A program made the translations under genes and the position numbers. This document shows, piece by piece, positions 8,903-17,845 of a stretch of 58,099 nucleotides of DNA. The DNA comes from Burkholderiales bacterium (GTDB lineage: Bacteria; Pseudomonadota; Gammaproteobacteria; Burkholderiales; SG8-39), in contig DATLDY010000074.1 in NCBI GenBank assembly GCA_035525655.1, forward strand, positions 1 to 58,099, given 5' to 3'. Below the pieces are notes generated by a model. The model saw only the letters and a program-made list of their open reading frames with translations. It searched no databases and was not told the DNA's origin. Within the stretch, counting starts at the first letter, position 1; each line of letters starts with the position of its first letter.

Positions 8903-9555
8903 AGCTTGGTGCCCGAGCGCTGGTGCGCCGCCTCATCGATGCTGTGCGCATGCGCCGCCGCCTTGCGCGACTCCTCGTCGACGAATTCGCTTTGCGCGAG
9001 CTGCTCCTCGACGACATCGATCTCCTCGACGTCCTTCATGCGCTCGGGCCATTCGCCGGTGCGCAGGCAGACGATGCAGCGGATGATTTCGGCGATGCCC
9101 TGCACCAGCACCAGCGCGCCGGCGAGCGGGATCACGCTCTTGAAGTGGTACACGGGCGGACCGTCGGCCGTGACGTTCGAGTGCTCGTTGATACGCCAGG
9201 AATCCGCGGCATAGTAATAGCCCGCGTAGACCAGCGCGAGGATGCCGGGAATGAAAAACAGGAAGTACAGCGCGAGGTCGAGCGCCGCCTGGGTGCGCGG
9301 CCTGAAATTGGTGTACAGGAAATCGCCGCGCACGTGCCCGTCCTGCGACAACGTGTAAGCGCCGCACATCATGAACAGCGTCCCGTAGAGCATGGCGTCG
9401 AGATCGAAGATCCAGGCGGTGGGCGCGTTGAGGATGTAGCGCTTGAACACCTCGATCGACACCGCCAGCATCAGCACCACGATGAGCCAGGCGAACAGCT
9501 TCCCCGACCAGGTACTCAGTCGGTCGGCGAAGCGGAGGAAGCCGGGGACGCTCAT
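8899..9555 (-). CDS. TRAP transporter small permease subunit (DctQ-like, FcbT2-type)
   Basis: 218 aa with 4 predicted TM segments and an acidic cytoplasmic tail. Lies between the binding-protein and large-permease genes. Confidence 0.85.
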   Translation of the reverse strand: MSVPGFLRFADRLSTWSGKLFAWLIVVLMLAVSIEVFKRYILNAPTAWIFDLDAMLYGTLFMMCGAYTLSQDGHVRGDFLYTNFRPRTQAALDLALYFLFFIPGILALVYAGYYYAADSWRINEHSNVTADGPPVYHFKSVIPLAGALVLVQGIAEIIRCIVCLRTGEWPERMKDVEEIDVVEEQLAQSEFVDEESRKAAAHAHSIDEAAHQRSGTKL

Positions 9556-9616
9556 GTCAAAAAAAGAGGCACCATCCGTTCAGCGCGGATGGTGCCTCGA
9601 TTGGCCGAAGGTGACG

Positions 9617-10768
9617 CTAGGCTTTCTTCGGCGCCGGCTTCGCGGCCTGCTTGCCGAAGTAGTGGTTGTAGGCCATGCGCCGGTTGACGTTGGTGTCGAG
9701 GTCCCACTTCACCGCGCGTTCCGCGAAGGCCTTCTGCGATGTCTCGATCTCGACGAACAGCGTGTTGTCGGCGCGCTTCTTGGCCGCCGCATCGTACGCC
9801 GTGAGCTGCGTCTGCAGGATCGAGTCGGGGGTCTTGTAGAAACGCACCTTGTCCTTGGTCTGCAGCTCCACGTAGTCCTTGGAATAGCGATCCACCGCTT
9901 TCCACGACATGTCCTGGGACGCCGCCTCCACCGCGTTCTCGATGATCGCCTTCATCTTGGCCGGCAGCGCGTCGAACTTGCCCTTGTTGAACATGATCTC
10001 GAACTGCTCTGCGTTCTGGTGGTAGCTCTGCAGCATGCACACCTTGGATACGTCGGCAAAGCCGAGGATGCGGTCGGACGTCGCGTTGTTGAATTCCGCG
10101 CCGTCGAGGAGGCCCCGGTCGATCGCCGGCACGATCTCGCCGCCGGGCAGCGCATTGACCGCGGCGCCGAGCCCCGTGAACACGTCGATCGAGATGCCGA
10201 CCGTGCGGAACTTCATGCCCTTGAAGTCCTCGTTCTTCGTGATCGGCTTCTTGAACCAGCCCAGGGGTTGCGTCGGCATCGGGCCGTAGGGGAACGACAC
10301 CACGTTGGCGCCGATCGAGGCGTACAGCTTGTTCAGCAGTTCCTTGCCGCCGCCGTACTTGTGCCAGGAGAGGAGCATGTTGGCGTCCATGCCGAACGCC
10401 GGGCCCGAGCCCCAGAGCGCCAGCGCGTTCTGCTTGCCGTAGTGGTACACGAGCACGCCGTGGCCGCCGTCGAGCGTGCCCTTCGTGACCGCGTCGAGCA
10501 GACCAAAAGCAGGCACCACCGCGCCGGCCGGAAGCACCTCGATGCGCAGATCGCCGCCGGTCATGTCGTTGACCTTCTTGGCGAAGTCGTTGGCGTACTC
10601 GTGGAAGATGTCCTTCGCCGGCCAGGTGCTCTGCCAACGCATGGAAATCGGGCCTTGCGCCTTGACGATCGCCGGGAAACCCAGCGTCGCCGCGCCGGTC
10701 GCTGCCGCCGCTGCGCCCGTGAGGAACCTGCGGCGCGACGTCGTGGACTGCGGTTGTTGCGTGCTCAT
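9617..10768 (-). CDS. TRAP transporter substrate-binding protein (DctP family, Tat signal)
   Basis: 383 aa. Twin-arginine leader SRRRFLTGAAAAATGAATLGFPAIVKA/QG. GAGGAG Shine-Dalgarno upstream. First gene of the P-Q-M-amidase set. Confidence 0.88.
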   Translation of the reverse strand: MSTQQPQSTTSRRRFLTGAAAAATGAATLGFPAIVKAQGPISMRWQSTWPAKDIFHEYANDFAKKVNDMTGGDLRIEVLPAGAVVPAFGLLDAVTKGTLDGGHGVLVYHYGKQNALALWGSGPAFGMDANMLLSWHKYGGGKELLNKLYASIGANVVSFPYGPMPTQPLGWFKKPITKNEDFKGMKFRTVGISIDVFTGLGAAVNALPGGEIVPAIDRGLLDGAEFNNATSDRILGFADVSKVCMLQSYHQNAEQFEIMFNKGKFDALPAKMKAIIENAVEAASQDMSWKAVDRYSKDYVELQTKDKVRFYKTPDSILQTQLTAYDAAAKKRADNTLFVEIETSQKAFAERAVKWDLDTNVNRRMAYNHYFGKQAAKPAPKKA

Positions 10769-10883
10769 TGTGATTCGTCTCCTCTCTCTGGACGTTCGAA
10801 TTATGGGCAGGGTGACAACCCTGCGATGACGGTGCGGGCCGCGAGGATTCTACTCTCGGGCTTCTCCGAGCAGCAAGGCGATC

Positions 10884-12188
10884 TCACGATGCGGAATAAG
10901 GGGAGACCGCGGGTGTTTGCAGCGCCGCGGCCGGACGCGCTTTGTGCGGCGCATTCGGATGCCAGCCGAGCACCGCGAACATGAAGAAGAAGCCGATGAC
11001 ATAGGCGATCGCCACATGCCAGCCGTGCTTGAGCCACAGGCCGACCGACTTCGCCTGCGGATACATGTTCGACAGCGCCACGCCGGCGGAGGAGCCGAAC
11101 CAGATCATCGACCCGCCGAAGCCCACGGCGTACGCAAGGTAGCCCCAGTCGTAGCCCCCCTGCTTCAGTGCGAGCGCGGTCAGCGGTATGTTGTCGAACA
11201 CCGCGGACACGAAACCGAGCCCTAGCGCCGTTTGCCACGCAGCAGCAGGCAACTTCTCGACCGGCATCAGCGACGCGCACAGGATGAGCGACAGGAGAAA
11301 GATGCTGCCTTTCAGCGCGCCCGGCAGCAGGGACCATTGCGGCTGGCGCCACCCCGCGGTGACGAGCAAGGCGATCCAGACACCGGCACCGATGAAGGGG
11401 AAGCGGTCGGAGAGTTCTGCATATTTGACGTTGATGAGCACGTTCACCACGATCGCGGTGACGAGGATGATGGCGACGATCGCGAGGCGCGCCCAGTCGA
11501 CGCGCACGCCCGCTGCAGCGTCGCGCGTAATGGGCGAATAGCGGTGCTGCTGTAGCGCCGCCGGTATGCCAAAGACGAACATCGCCAGCCCGGCGCCGAC
11601 GAAGGCTTCGAGGACGTCCACCGGATCGACGCCGTCGATCCACATCATGGTGGTCGTGGTATCGCCCACCACGCTGCCCGACCCGCCGGCGTTCGATGCG
11701 GCAACGATCGCGGCGAGATAGCCGATGTGCACCTTGCCGCGAAAAACGCCGCGCGCGATCGTGCCGCCGATCAAGGCGGCGGCAATGTTGTCGAGGAACG
11801 ACGAGAGAACGAAGATCATGAACAGCAGCGCGAGGCCGCCCTTCCAATCGTCAGGCAGGAAGCGCGGCAGCACCGCCGGCACCCGGCTTTCCTCGAAATG
11901 GTTCGACAGCAGCGCGAAGCCGAGCAGCAGGCCGAGCAGGTTCGCCAGGATCACCCACTCGTGCAGCAGGTGCTGTCCCAGGCCGCCCAGCCCGGGCCCC
12001 GTCTTGAAGCCGGTAAAGCCCAGCTTGTAGAGCACGATGATGGCGAGGCCGATGAGCGCCACTTGCAGTGTGTGATGGTGGAAAAGCGCGACGCCGGCCA
12101 ACGTGAGGCCAAACAGCACGAAATCGACTGGCACGCCGAGCGCAATGCACGCCGCGGCGATCACGATCGCGCCGGCAAAGAGTCTCAC
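10884..12188 (-). CDS. ArsB/NhaD-superfamily ion transporter (NhaD-type Na+/H+ antiporter or citrate-transporter-like permease)
   Basis: 434 aa, about 11-12 TM. Motifs LSSFLDNIAAALIGG and SNAGGSGSVVGDTTTTMMW are typical of the NhaD/ArsB permease superfamily. GTG start overlaps the upstream stop (GTGA). Confidence 0.75.
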   Translation of the reverse strand: MRLFAGAIVIAAACIALGVPVDFVLFGLTLAGVALFHHHTLQVALIGLAIIVLYKLGFTGFKTGPGLGGLGQHLLHEWVILANLLGLLLGFALLSNHFEESRVPAVLPRFLPDDWKGGLALLFMIFVLSSFLDNIAAALIGGTIARGVFRGKVHIGYLAAIVAASNAGGSGSVVGDTTTTMMWIDGVDPVDVLEAFVGAGLAMFVFGIPAALQQHRYSPITRDAAAGVRVDWARLAIVAIILVTAIVVNVLINVKYAELSDRFPFIGAGVWIALLVTAGWRQPQWSLLPGALKGSIFLLSLILCASLMPVEKLPAAAWQTALGLGFVSAVFDNIPLTALALKQGGYDWGYLAYAVGFGGSMIWFGSSAGVALSNMYPQAKSVGLWLKHGWHVAIAYVIGFFFMFAVLGWHPNAPHKARPAAALQTPAVSPYSAS

Positions 12189-12892
12189 GCGCCGGCCGCT
12201 TTCAGGAACTCATCAAGAAGCGGCCCGCCGTCGAGGAACCCTTGGCGGCCGCCGTGGAATTCGGGGTGCCACTGCACGGCGCAGATGTAGGTCGGGCCGC
12301 GCGCGCGGATCGCCTCGATCACGCCGTCCTCCTCCGAGCGCGCTTCGACGGCGAGATCGCGGCCCAGCCGGTTGATCGCCTGGTGATGGATCGACACGAC
12401 CGTGCGCGGGCCCGTTTCGCCGTAGAGCCGCGCGAGCCCGGAGCCCGGCTCCAGGCGCACCGCATGGCTGTGCTTGTCGTAGTCGTCGCTGCGGTGATCG
12501 GGAATGTCCTGGTGGAGGCTGCCGCCAAGCGCGACGTTGATCAGCTGCGCGCCCCGACAGACGCCGAGGATCGGCTTGCGCGCGGCGGTAAACGCCTGGA
12601 CGAGGGCGATCTCGAAGCGGTCACGCACCGGGTCGCCGGCCCATTCGGGCTTGAGCGGCTGCTCGCCGTACGAAAGCGGGCTGATATCCGCACCGCCCTG
12701 CAGCAGGAGGCCATCCAGGGACTGCGCGTAATCGGCGCTGCGCTCGCTCACCGGCACCATGAAGGCGAGGGCATCACGGGACAGGATCCATTCGGCGACC
12801 GAGTGCTCGAGGTAATCGAGCATCTTCGTATGCACGCCCCGCGCCGTGGGCTCGGGATGGAACAGGCGCGGCGAAATGCCGATCCGGATCAC
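12185..12892 (-). CDS. class I glutamine amidotransferase-like hydrolase, peptidase C26 (PuuD/gamma-glutamyl-GABA hydrolase family)
   Basis: GTG 12892 (V51 of the track ORF) overlaps the pntB stop (GTGA). Motifs [35 protein letters not shown] and VQWHPE are present. Confidence 0.85.
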   Translation of the reverse strand: MIRIGISPRLFHPEPTARGVHTKMLDYLEHSVAEWILSRDALAFMVPVSERSADYAQSLDGLLLQGGADISPLSYGEQPLKPEWAGDPVRDRFEIALVQAFTAARKPILGVCRGAQLINVALGGSLHQDIPDHRSDDYDKHSHAVRLEPGSGLARLYGETGPRTVVSIHHQAINRLGRDLAVEARSEEDGVIEAIRARGPTYICAVQWHPEFHGGRQGFLDGGPLLDEFLKAAGA

Positions 12893-14301
12893 GCTTTGAG
12901 CGCGACCAGCACTTCGTCGAGCATCTTCTTCGCGTCGCCGAACAGCATGCGGTTGTTGTCCTTGTAGAAAAGCGGATTGTCGACGCCGGCGTAACCGGAA
13001 GCCATGCTGCGCTTCATGACGATGGACGTCTTCGCCTTCCATACCTCCAGGACCGGCATGCCGGCGATCGGGCTCGCCGGGTCATCCTGCGCCGCCGGGT
13101 TCACGATGTCGTTGGCGCCAATGACCATCGCCACGTCGGTATCCGGGAAGTCGTCGTTGATCTCGTCCATTTCCATCACGATGTCGTAGGGTACCTTCGC
13201 TTCGGCGAGGAGCACGTTCATGTGGCCGGGCATGCGGCCCGCAACCGGGTGGATGCCGAAGCGCACGTTCACGCCTTTCTCGCGCAGGTACTTCGTGATC
13301 TCGTACACGGTGTGCTGCGCCTGGGCGACGGCCATGCCGTAACCGGGCACGATGATCACGTGCTTTGCCGCGCGCAGCAGCTCGGCCGTCTCGGGTGCGT
13401 TGATCGGCGAGACCTCCCCGGCCGGTTGCGCACCGGCCGCGGCCGGCTTGCCGCCCTCCGTGCCGAACCCACCCGCGATCACGCTCACGAAATTGCGGTT
13501 CATCGCGCGGCACATGATGTACGACAGGATCGCGCCGCTCGAGCCGACGAGGGCGCCAGTCACGATCAGCAGGTCGTTGCTGAGCATGAAGCCGGTGGCG
13601 GCCGCCGCCCAGCCCGAGTAGCTGTTGAGCATCGATACGACCACCGGCATGTCGGCGCCGCCGATCGCCATCACCATGTGGATGCCGAAGAGGAGCGCGA
13701 TCAGGGTCATGATGAGCAGCGGCTTCATGCCTTCATCGATGCCATGCGCGCGGATGAACCAGCTGCCGCAACCGATCACGACCAGGAGGCCGGCGAGGTT
13801 CAACCAATGGCGCCCCGGGAGCAGCATCGGCTTGCCGGATATTTTTCCCGACAGCTTGCCGAATGCGATCAGCGAGCCAGAGAAGGTCACCGCGCCGATC
13901 AGCACGCCGATATAGATCTCGAGCTCGTGGATGGTCTTCTCGGCGCCCTGGAGGTGGCCGGTCGCGGCGGGATCGATGTAGTTCGCGTAACCGATGAGAA
14001 CGGCGGCAAGGCCCACCAGGCTGTGCATCAGCGCGACGAGCTCGGGCATCTGCGTCATCTTCACCACGCGGGCGGCGTAGACGCCGATCGCTGCACCGAC
14101 CGCGAGCGCCGCGATGATCCACGAGTAGCCGCCGCGCGTGACCTGCGGGCCAAGGATGGTCGCCAGCACGGCGATCGTCATGCCGATCATGCCGTACTGG
14201 TTTCCGCGCCGCGAGCTCTCGGGGTTCGACAGCCCGCCGAGGCTAAGGATGAAAAGGATGGTGGCGCCCACGTAGGCGACGGTGGAAAGGGTCGCGGACA
14301 T
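12889..14301 (-). CDS. pntB: NAD(P) transhydrogenase subunit beta
   Basis: 470 aa from ATG 14301. The membrane N-terminal half is followed by the dIII domain ([45 protein letters not shown]). Confidence 0.95.
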   Translation of the reverse strand: MSATLSTVAYVGATILFILSLGGLSNPESSRRGNQYGMIGMTIAVLATILGPQVTRGGYSWIIAALAVGAAIGVYAARVVKMTQMPELVALMHSLVGLAAVLIGYANYIDPAATGHLQGAEKTIHELEIYIGVLIGAVTFSGSLIAFGKLSGKISGKPMLLPGRHWLNLAGLLVVIGCGSWFIRAHGIDEGMKPLLIMTLIALLFGIHMVMAIGGADMPVVVSMLNSYSGWAAAATGFMLSNDLLIVTGALVGSSGAILSYIMCRAMNRNFVSVIAGGFGTEGGKPAAAGAQPAGEVSPINAPETAELLRAAKHVIIVPGYGMAVAQAQHTVYEITKYLREKGVNVRFGIHPVAGRMPGHMNVLLAEAKVPYDIVMEMDEINDDFPDTDVAMVIGANDIVNPAAQDDPASPIAGMPVLEVWKAKTSIVMKRSMASGYAGVDNPLFYKDNNRMLFGDAKKMLDEVLVALKA

Positions 14302-14306
14302 GAGGG

Positions 14307-15887
14307 TTACTTCCTGAACATTTGCAGCATGCGCTGCGTGACGGCGAAGCCGCCGAACATGTTGATCGCGACCAGGGCGATGCTCAGCACCGCCAGCCCC
14401 ACGATCCAGCCGGTGGGCCGGCCCGGGAAGTCGCCCACCGGGGGCGCGACCTGCACCAGCGCGCCGATGGCGATGATGCTGCTGATCGCATTGGTCACGC
14501 TCATGAGCGGCGTGTGCAATGCCGGGGTCACGTTCCAGATCACCATGTAGCCCACGAAGCAGGCGAGCACGAACACCGTGAAATGCGCGATGAACGCGGC
14601 CGGCGCGTTGGCGCCGATGAACCAGAAGACGATCGCGCCGACCAGGAAGAGGATTGCGGTTGCCTTTGCCGATGCCGGCGCGCTGGCGGCGCCGTGTCCC
14701 TTCGCTGCGGCCATGACGGGCTTCGCGGCCGGCTTGGCCACGGGCGCCGCCGAGAGCTTGGGCGGCGGCGGCGGCCAGGTGATCGCGCCTTCCTTGACTA
14801 CCGTCGTGCCGCGGATCACTTCGTCGTCCATGTTGACGTTGATCGCGCCGTCTTTGGCCTTGCACAGCTCCTCGGTGAGACGCAGCAGGTTGGTGGCGTA
14901 GAGCGTGCTCGATTGCTTGGCGAGGCGGCTGGGCAGGTCGGTGTAGCCGATGATCGTGACGCCGTGCCGGACCACCACCTGGCCGGGCTCGGTCAGCTCG
15001 CAATTGCCCCCCTGCTCCGCCGCAAGATCCACGATCACGCTGCCCGGACGCATGGAGCGCACCATGTCGGCAGTAATGAGCTTCGGGGCGGGCTTGCCGG
15101 GAATGAGAGCCGTGGTGATGATCACGTCCACTTCCTTCGCCTGCCTGGCGAACACCTCGCGTTGCGCCTTCTGGAAGCCTTCGCTCATCACCTTGGCGTA
15201 GCCGCCCACGCCCGAGCCTTCTTCCACATACTCGACCGGCACAAACTCGCCGCCGAGCGACTTGATCTGGTCCCCGACCTCCGGCCGCGTGTCGTTAGCG
15301 CGCACGATGGCGCCGAGGCCGGACGCGGCGCCGATCGCGGCAAGGCCCGCAACACCGGCGCCGATGATGAACACCTTGGCCGGCGGCACCTTGCCCGCCG
15401 CCGTGATCTGCCCGGTGAAGAAGCGCCCGAAATGGTGCGCCGCCTCGATCACCGCCCGATAGCCGGCGATGTTGGCCATCGAGGAGAGCGCATCGAGCTT
15501 TTGCGCGCGCGAGATGCGCGGCACGCTGTCCATGGCGAGCACGGTGAGCTTGCGCGCCGCGAGCGCCTGCATCAGCTGCGGGTTTTGCGCGGGCCAGATG
15601 AAGCTCACCAGCGCGGCACCGGGGCGCATCAGCTCCACTTCGGTCGTGCTCGGTGCACGCACCTTGAAGACGATATCGGCGCCCGCCCAAAGGCGCGTCG
15701 CGTCGTCGACGATCTCGGCGCCCGCGGCGCGGTACGTATCGTCGGCGAAGTTGGCCGCGTCGCCGGCACCGGACTGCACCGCGACGCGGAAGCCCAGCTT
15801 GATCAGCTTCTCGACGACGTCGGGGACGGTGGCAACGCGCTTCTCGCCCGCCGCCGTCTCGCGCGGCACGGCAATCAATTGCGACAT
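14307..15887 (-). CDS. pntA: NAD(P) transhydrogenase subunit alpha (full-length, dI plus membrane segment)
   Basis: 526 aa. [19 protein letters not shown] is an alanine-dehydrogenase-like dI start. [13 protein letters not shown] is the Rossmann motif. C-terminal TM helices present. Ends 5 nt upstream of pntB. Confidence 0.95.
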   Translation of the reverse strand: MSQLIAVPRETAAGEKRVATVPDVVEKLIKLGFRVAVQSGAGDAANFADDTYRAAGAEIVDDATRLWAGADIVFKVRAPSTTEVELMRPGAALVSFIWPAQNPQLMQALAARKLTVLAMDSVPRISRAQKLDALSSMANIAGYRAVIEAAHHFGRFFTGQITAAGKVPPAKVFIIGAGVAGLAAIGAASGLGAIVRANDTRPEVGDQIKSLGGEFVPVEYVEEGSGVGGYAKVMSEGFQKAQREVFARQAKEVDVIITTALIPGKPAPKLITADMVRSMRPGSVIVDLAAEQGGNCELTEPGQVVVRHGVTIIGYTDLPSRLAKQSSTLYATNLLRLTEELCKAKDGAINVNMDDEVIRGTTVVKEGAITWPPPPPKLSAAPVAKPAAKPVMAAAKGHGAASAPASAKATAILFLVGAIVFWFIGANAPAAFIAHFTVFVLACFVGYMVIWNVTPALHTPLMSVTNAISSIIAIGALVQVAPPVGDFPGRPTGWIVGLAVLSIALVAINMFGGFAVTQRMLQMFRK

Positions 15888-15917
15888 AGAGCTTCCTTGT
15901 GGGTTGGCCGGGCGATT

Positions 15918-17387
15918 CTAGCGGTGGCGCGCCCGCGCCATCCACCCGAAGCGTCGCTCGCCGATCTCGAACGCGCCCTGCACGAGGAGCGCGAGGCCGG
16001 CGGCGGGAATGGCGCCGGCGAGGAGGGTGATGTTGTCGTTGAGCGCGAGGCCGCTCGCGATGCGCTCGCCGTAGCCGCCGGCGCCGATGAATGCCGCGAT
16101 GGTGGCCGTGCCGATATTGATGACCGCCGAAGTCTTGATGCCGGCAAGGATCGCCGGCGCAGCGAGCGGCAGCTCCACCAGGCGCAGGCGCTGCCGCGGC
16201 CGCAGGCCAAGCGCCATCGCAGCCTGGCGCATGCCGAGGCTGATCGCCGTCAGCCCGGTATGCGTGTTCCTCACGATGGGCAGCAGCGCGTACAGGAAAA
16301 GCGCGAGCAAGGCCGGGACGAGGCCGATCGTGCCGACGAGCGCGATCAGGAAGGCGAAGAGGGCGAGCGACGGCACCGTCTGGATGATGCCGACCACGCC
16401 GAGGATCGGCTGCGCCAGGCGCGGCAGCTTGGCTGCGGCGATGCCCAGCGGAATGCCCAGGGCGATGCTCGCGGCAAGCGATGCTCCGACGAGCACCAGG
16501 TGCTCGCGAGTGAGACGCCAGAAATCGGCGCCGAATAGCGTGGGCACGAGCCGCCGCGCGCGTGCCTCGGCCGGCTTCGCGTCGTCGAGCAGCGCCGCCG
16601 CTTCGGCGAACGTCCTGCCCTCGAGCTCGGCGGCTGCGTTCATGCGGATCATGTGCGCTTCGTTGATGCGGCCCTCCAGAGCCGCGAGCGCGGCCCATGC
16701 GCGCGGCGCGCGTTGCGGCAGGTCGTGCTTGTGCAGGAGCACAGCGTCGTAGCGCGGGAAGAAGCCGCGGTCATCCTGCAGCACGCGCAGCTTGTAGCGC
16801 TCGATCTTGGCGTCGGTGGAGTACACATCCATCACGTGGATGCGACCGGCCGCGAGGGCTTCGTACGCGAGCCCATGGTCCAGGCCCGAGAGCGCCGGAG
16901 CCAGGCCATAGGCGGCTTTCAATCCCGGCCAGCCGTCGGCCCGGCCGATGAACTCCTGCGACAGGCCGAATTTCAGCTCGGGATGCCGTGCAAGGTCGGA
17001 TATCGCGCGCACGCCGAGCGCTTGCGCGCGTTCTTCTCGCATAGCCAGCGCATAGGTATTGCTGAAGCCCAGGCGCACGCTCGCTGCCAGACCTTGCACT
17101 GCCAGCGCGCGGTTGATCTCCTCCAGGCTGGCGCGGCCCGGCAGGCGCACGATCTCGGCCGCGATGGTCCCGCTGTATTCGGGGTAGAGGTCGATGCGGC
17201 CGGCCTTCAGCGCCGCGAGGACGATGCCGGTGTTGCCCAGCCCGGGACGATGCTCGCCGCCCGCCGCGCGCGCCACGATCTCGCCCAGGATGTAGGACTC
17301 GGTGAAGCGCTTCGAGCCCACGCGGATCGGATCCTCGGCCGCTGCGATGCACGCGACGCCTAGGAGCAGGAGGGCGAGCGCTCTCAC
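15918..17387 (-). CDS. ABC transporter fused substrate-binding protein/permease, glycine betaine/choline (OpuBC/YehZ-like) type
   Basis: 489 aa. Signal peptide MRALALLLLGVACIAAA/ED. N-terminal half is a betaine-type binding domain (VGSKRFTESYILGEI, DLYPEYSGT, YDAVLL). C-terminal half is a 5-6 TM BPD_transp_1-like permease. No ATPase gene in the window. Confidence 0.8.
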   Translation of the reverse strand: MRALALLLLGVACIAAAEDPIRVGSKRFTESYILGEIVARAAGGEHRPGLGNTGIVLAALKAGRIDLYPEYSGTIAAEIVRLPGRASLEEINRALAVQGLAASVRLGFSNTYALAMREERAQALGVRAISDLARHPELKFGLSQEFIGRADGWPGLKAAYGLAPALSGLDHGLAYEALAAGRIHVMDVYSTDAKIERYKLRVLQDDRGFFPRYDAVLLHKHDLPQRAPRAWAALAALEGRINEAHMIRMNAAAELEGRTFAEAAALLDDAKPAEARARRLVPTLFGADFWRLTREHLVLVGASLAASIALGIPLGIAAAKLPRLAQPILGVVGIIQTVPSLALFAFLIALVGTIGLVPALLALFLYALLPIVRNTHTGLTAISLGMRQAAMALGLRPRQRLRLVELPLAAPAILAGIKTSAVINIGTATIAAFIGAGGYGERIASGLALNDNITLLAGAIPAAGLALLVQGAFEIGERRFGWMARARHR

Positions 17388-17845
17388 CGGGCGTAGAAAC
17401 GATATTGCCGGCGACCGGACTGCCGGGCGCGGCTGCGCGCTGCGTCCGCATTGCGCACGAGCGCGTCAGCATCGCCGGCATCGCCCGGAAAGAGCGAGAC
17501 GCCGATCGCCAGGTCCACGTCCAGCGCCTGCAAGACGCGCTCGGCGACGCGCCGGCAGTCCGCCTCGCCTTCCACGTCCGTGAGGACCACGGCGAACTGC
17601 GCGGCGCCCCAGCGCGCGAGCGTATCGGCCTTGCGCAGGCATGCGCCGAGGCTGCGCGCCGCGTCGCATAGCTTGTCGTCGCCCACGCGGTCGAATGCGG
17701 GGAGCTCCACCAGCATGAGGGCGATGCCGCAGTCGCGGCGCTGAGCAAGGTGCAACGCCTGCTTCAGCCGGTCGTCGAGCAGGCGGCGGTTCGGCAGCGC
17801 GGTAAGCGGGTCGTGATACTCGCTAGGCGCGGGCTGCGTCGACAC
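17384..17845 (-). CDS. stand-alone degenerate GGDEF domain protein (GAAQF in place of GGDEF, RxxD I-site retained)
   Basis: 153 aa with a GTG start and high GC3. DPLTALPNRRLL marks the start of the GGDEF domain. The motif region reads RKADTLARWGAAQFAVVL. The substrate/metal-binding segment is shortened. Overlaps both neighbours (23 nt and 4 nt). Confidence 0.75.
   Translation of the reverse strand: MSTQPAPSEYHDPLTALPNRRLLDDRLKQALHLAQRRDCGIALMLVELPAFDRVGDDKLCDAARSLGACLRKADTLARWGAAQFAVVLTDVEGEADCRRVAERVLQALDVDLAIGVSLFPGDAGDADALVRNADAARSRARQSGRRQYRFYAR

Noticed and set aside
10794-10802. A GTTCGAATT motif reminiscent of a tRNA T-arm in the nhaD-like/TRAP intergenic region.
   Set aside because: No acceptor stem, D-arm or anticodon arm can be drawn around it. 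I found no tRNA, rRNA or tmRNA in the window.
14322-16538. A 738-aa plus-strand ORF antisense to pntA and the ABC fusion gene. Similar shadow ORFs lie at 24433..26661, 43110..45236, 15295..16698, 9443..10984 and 27522..28892.
   Set aside because: All overlap confidently identified genes on the other strand or in another frame. They cross gene boundaries and have Arg/Ala/Pro/His-dominated, motif-free translations. They are artefacts of high G+C.
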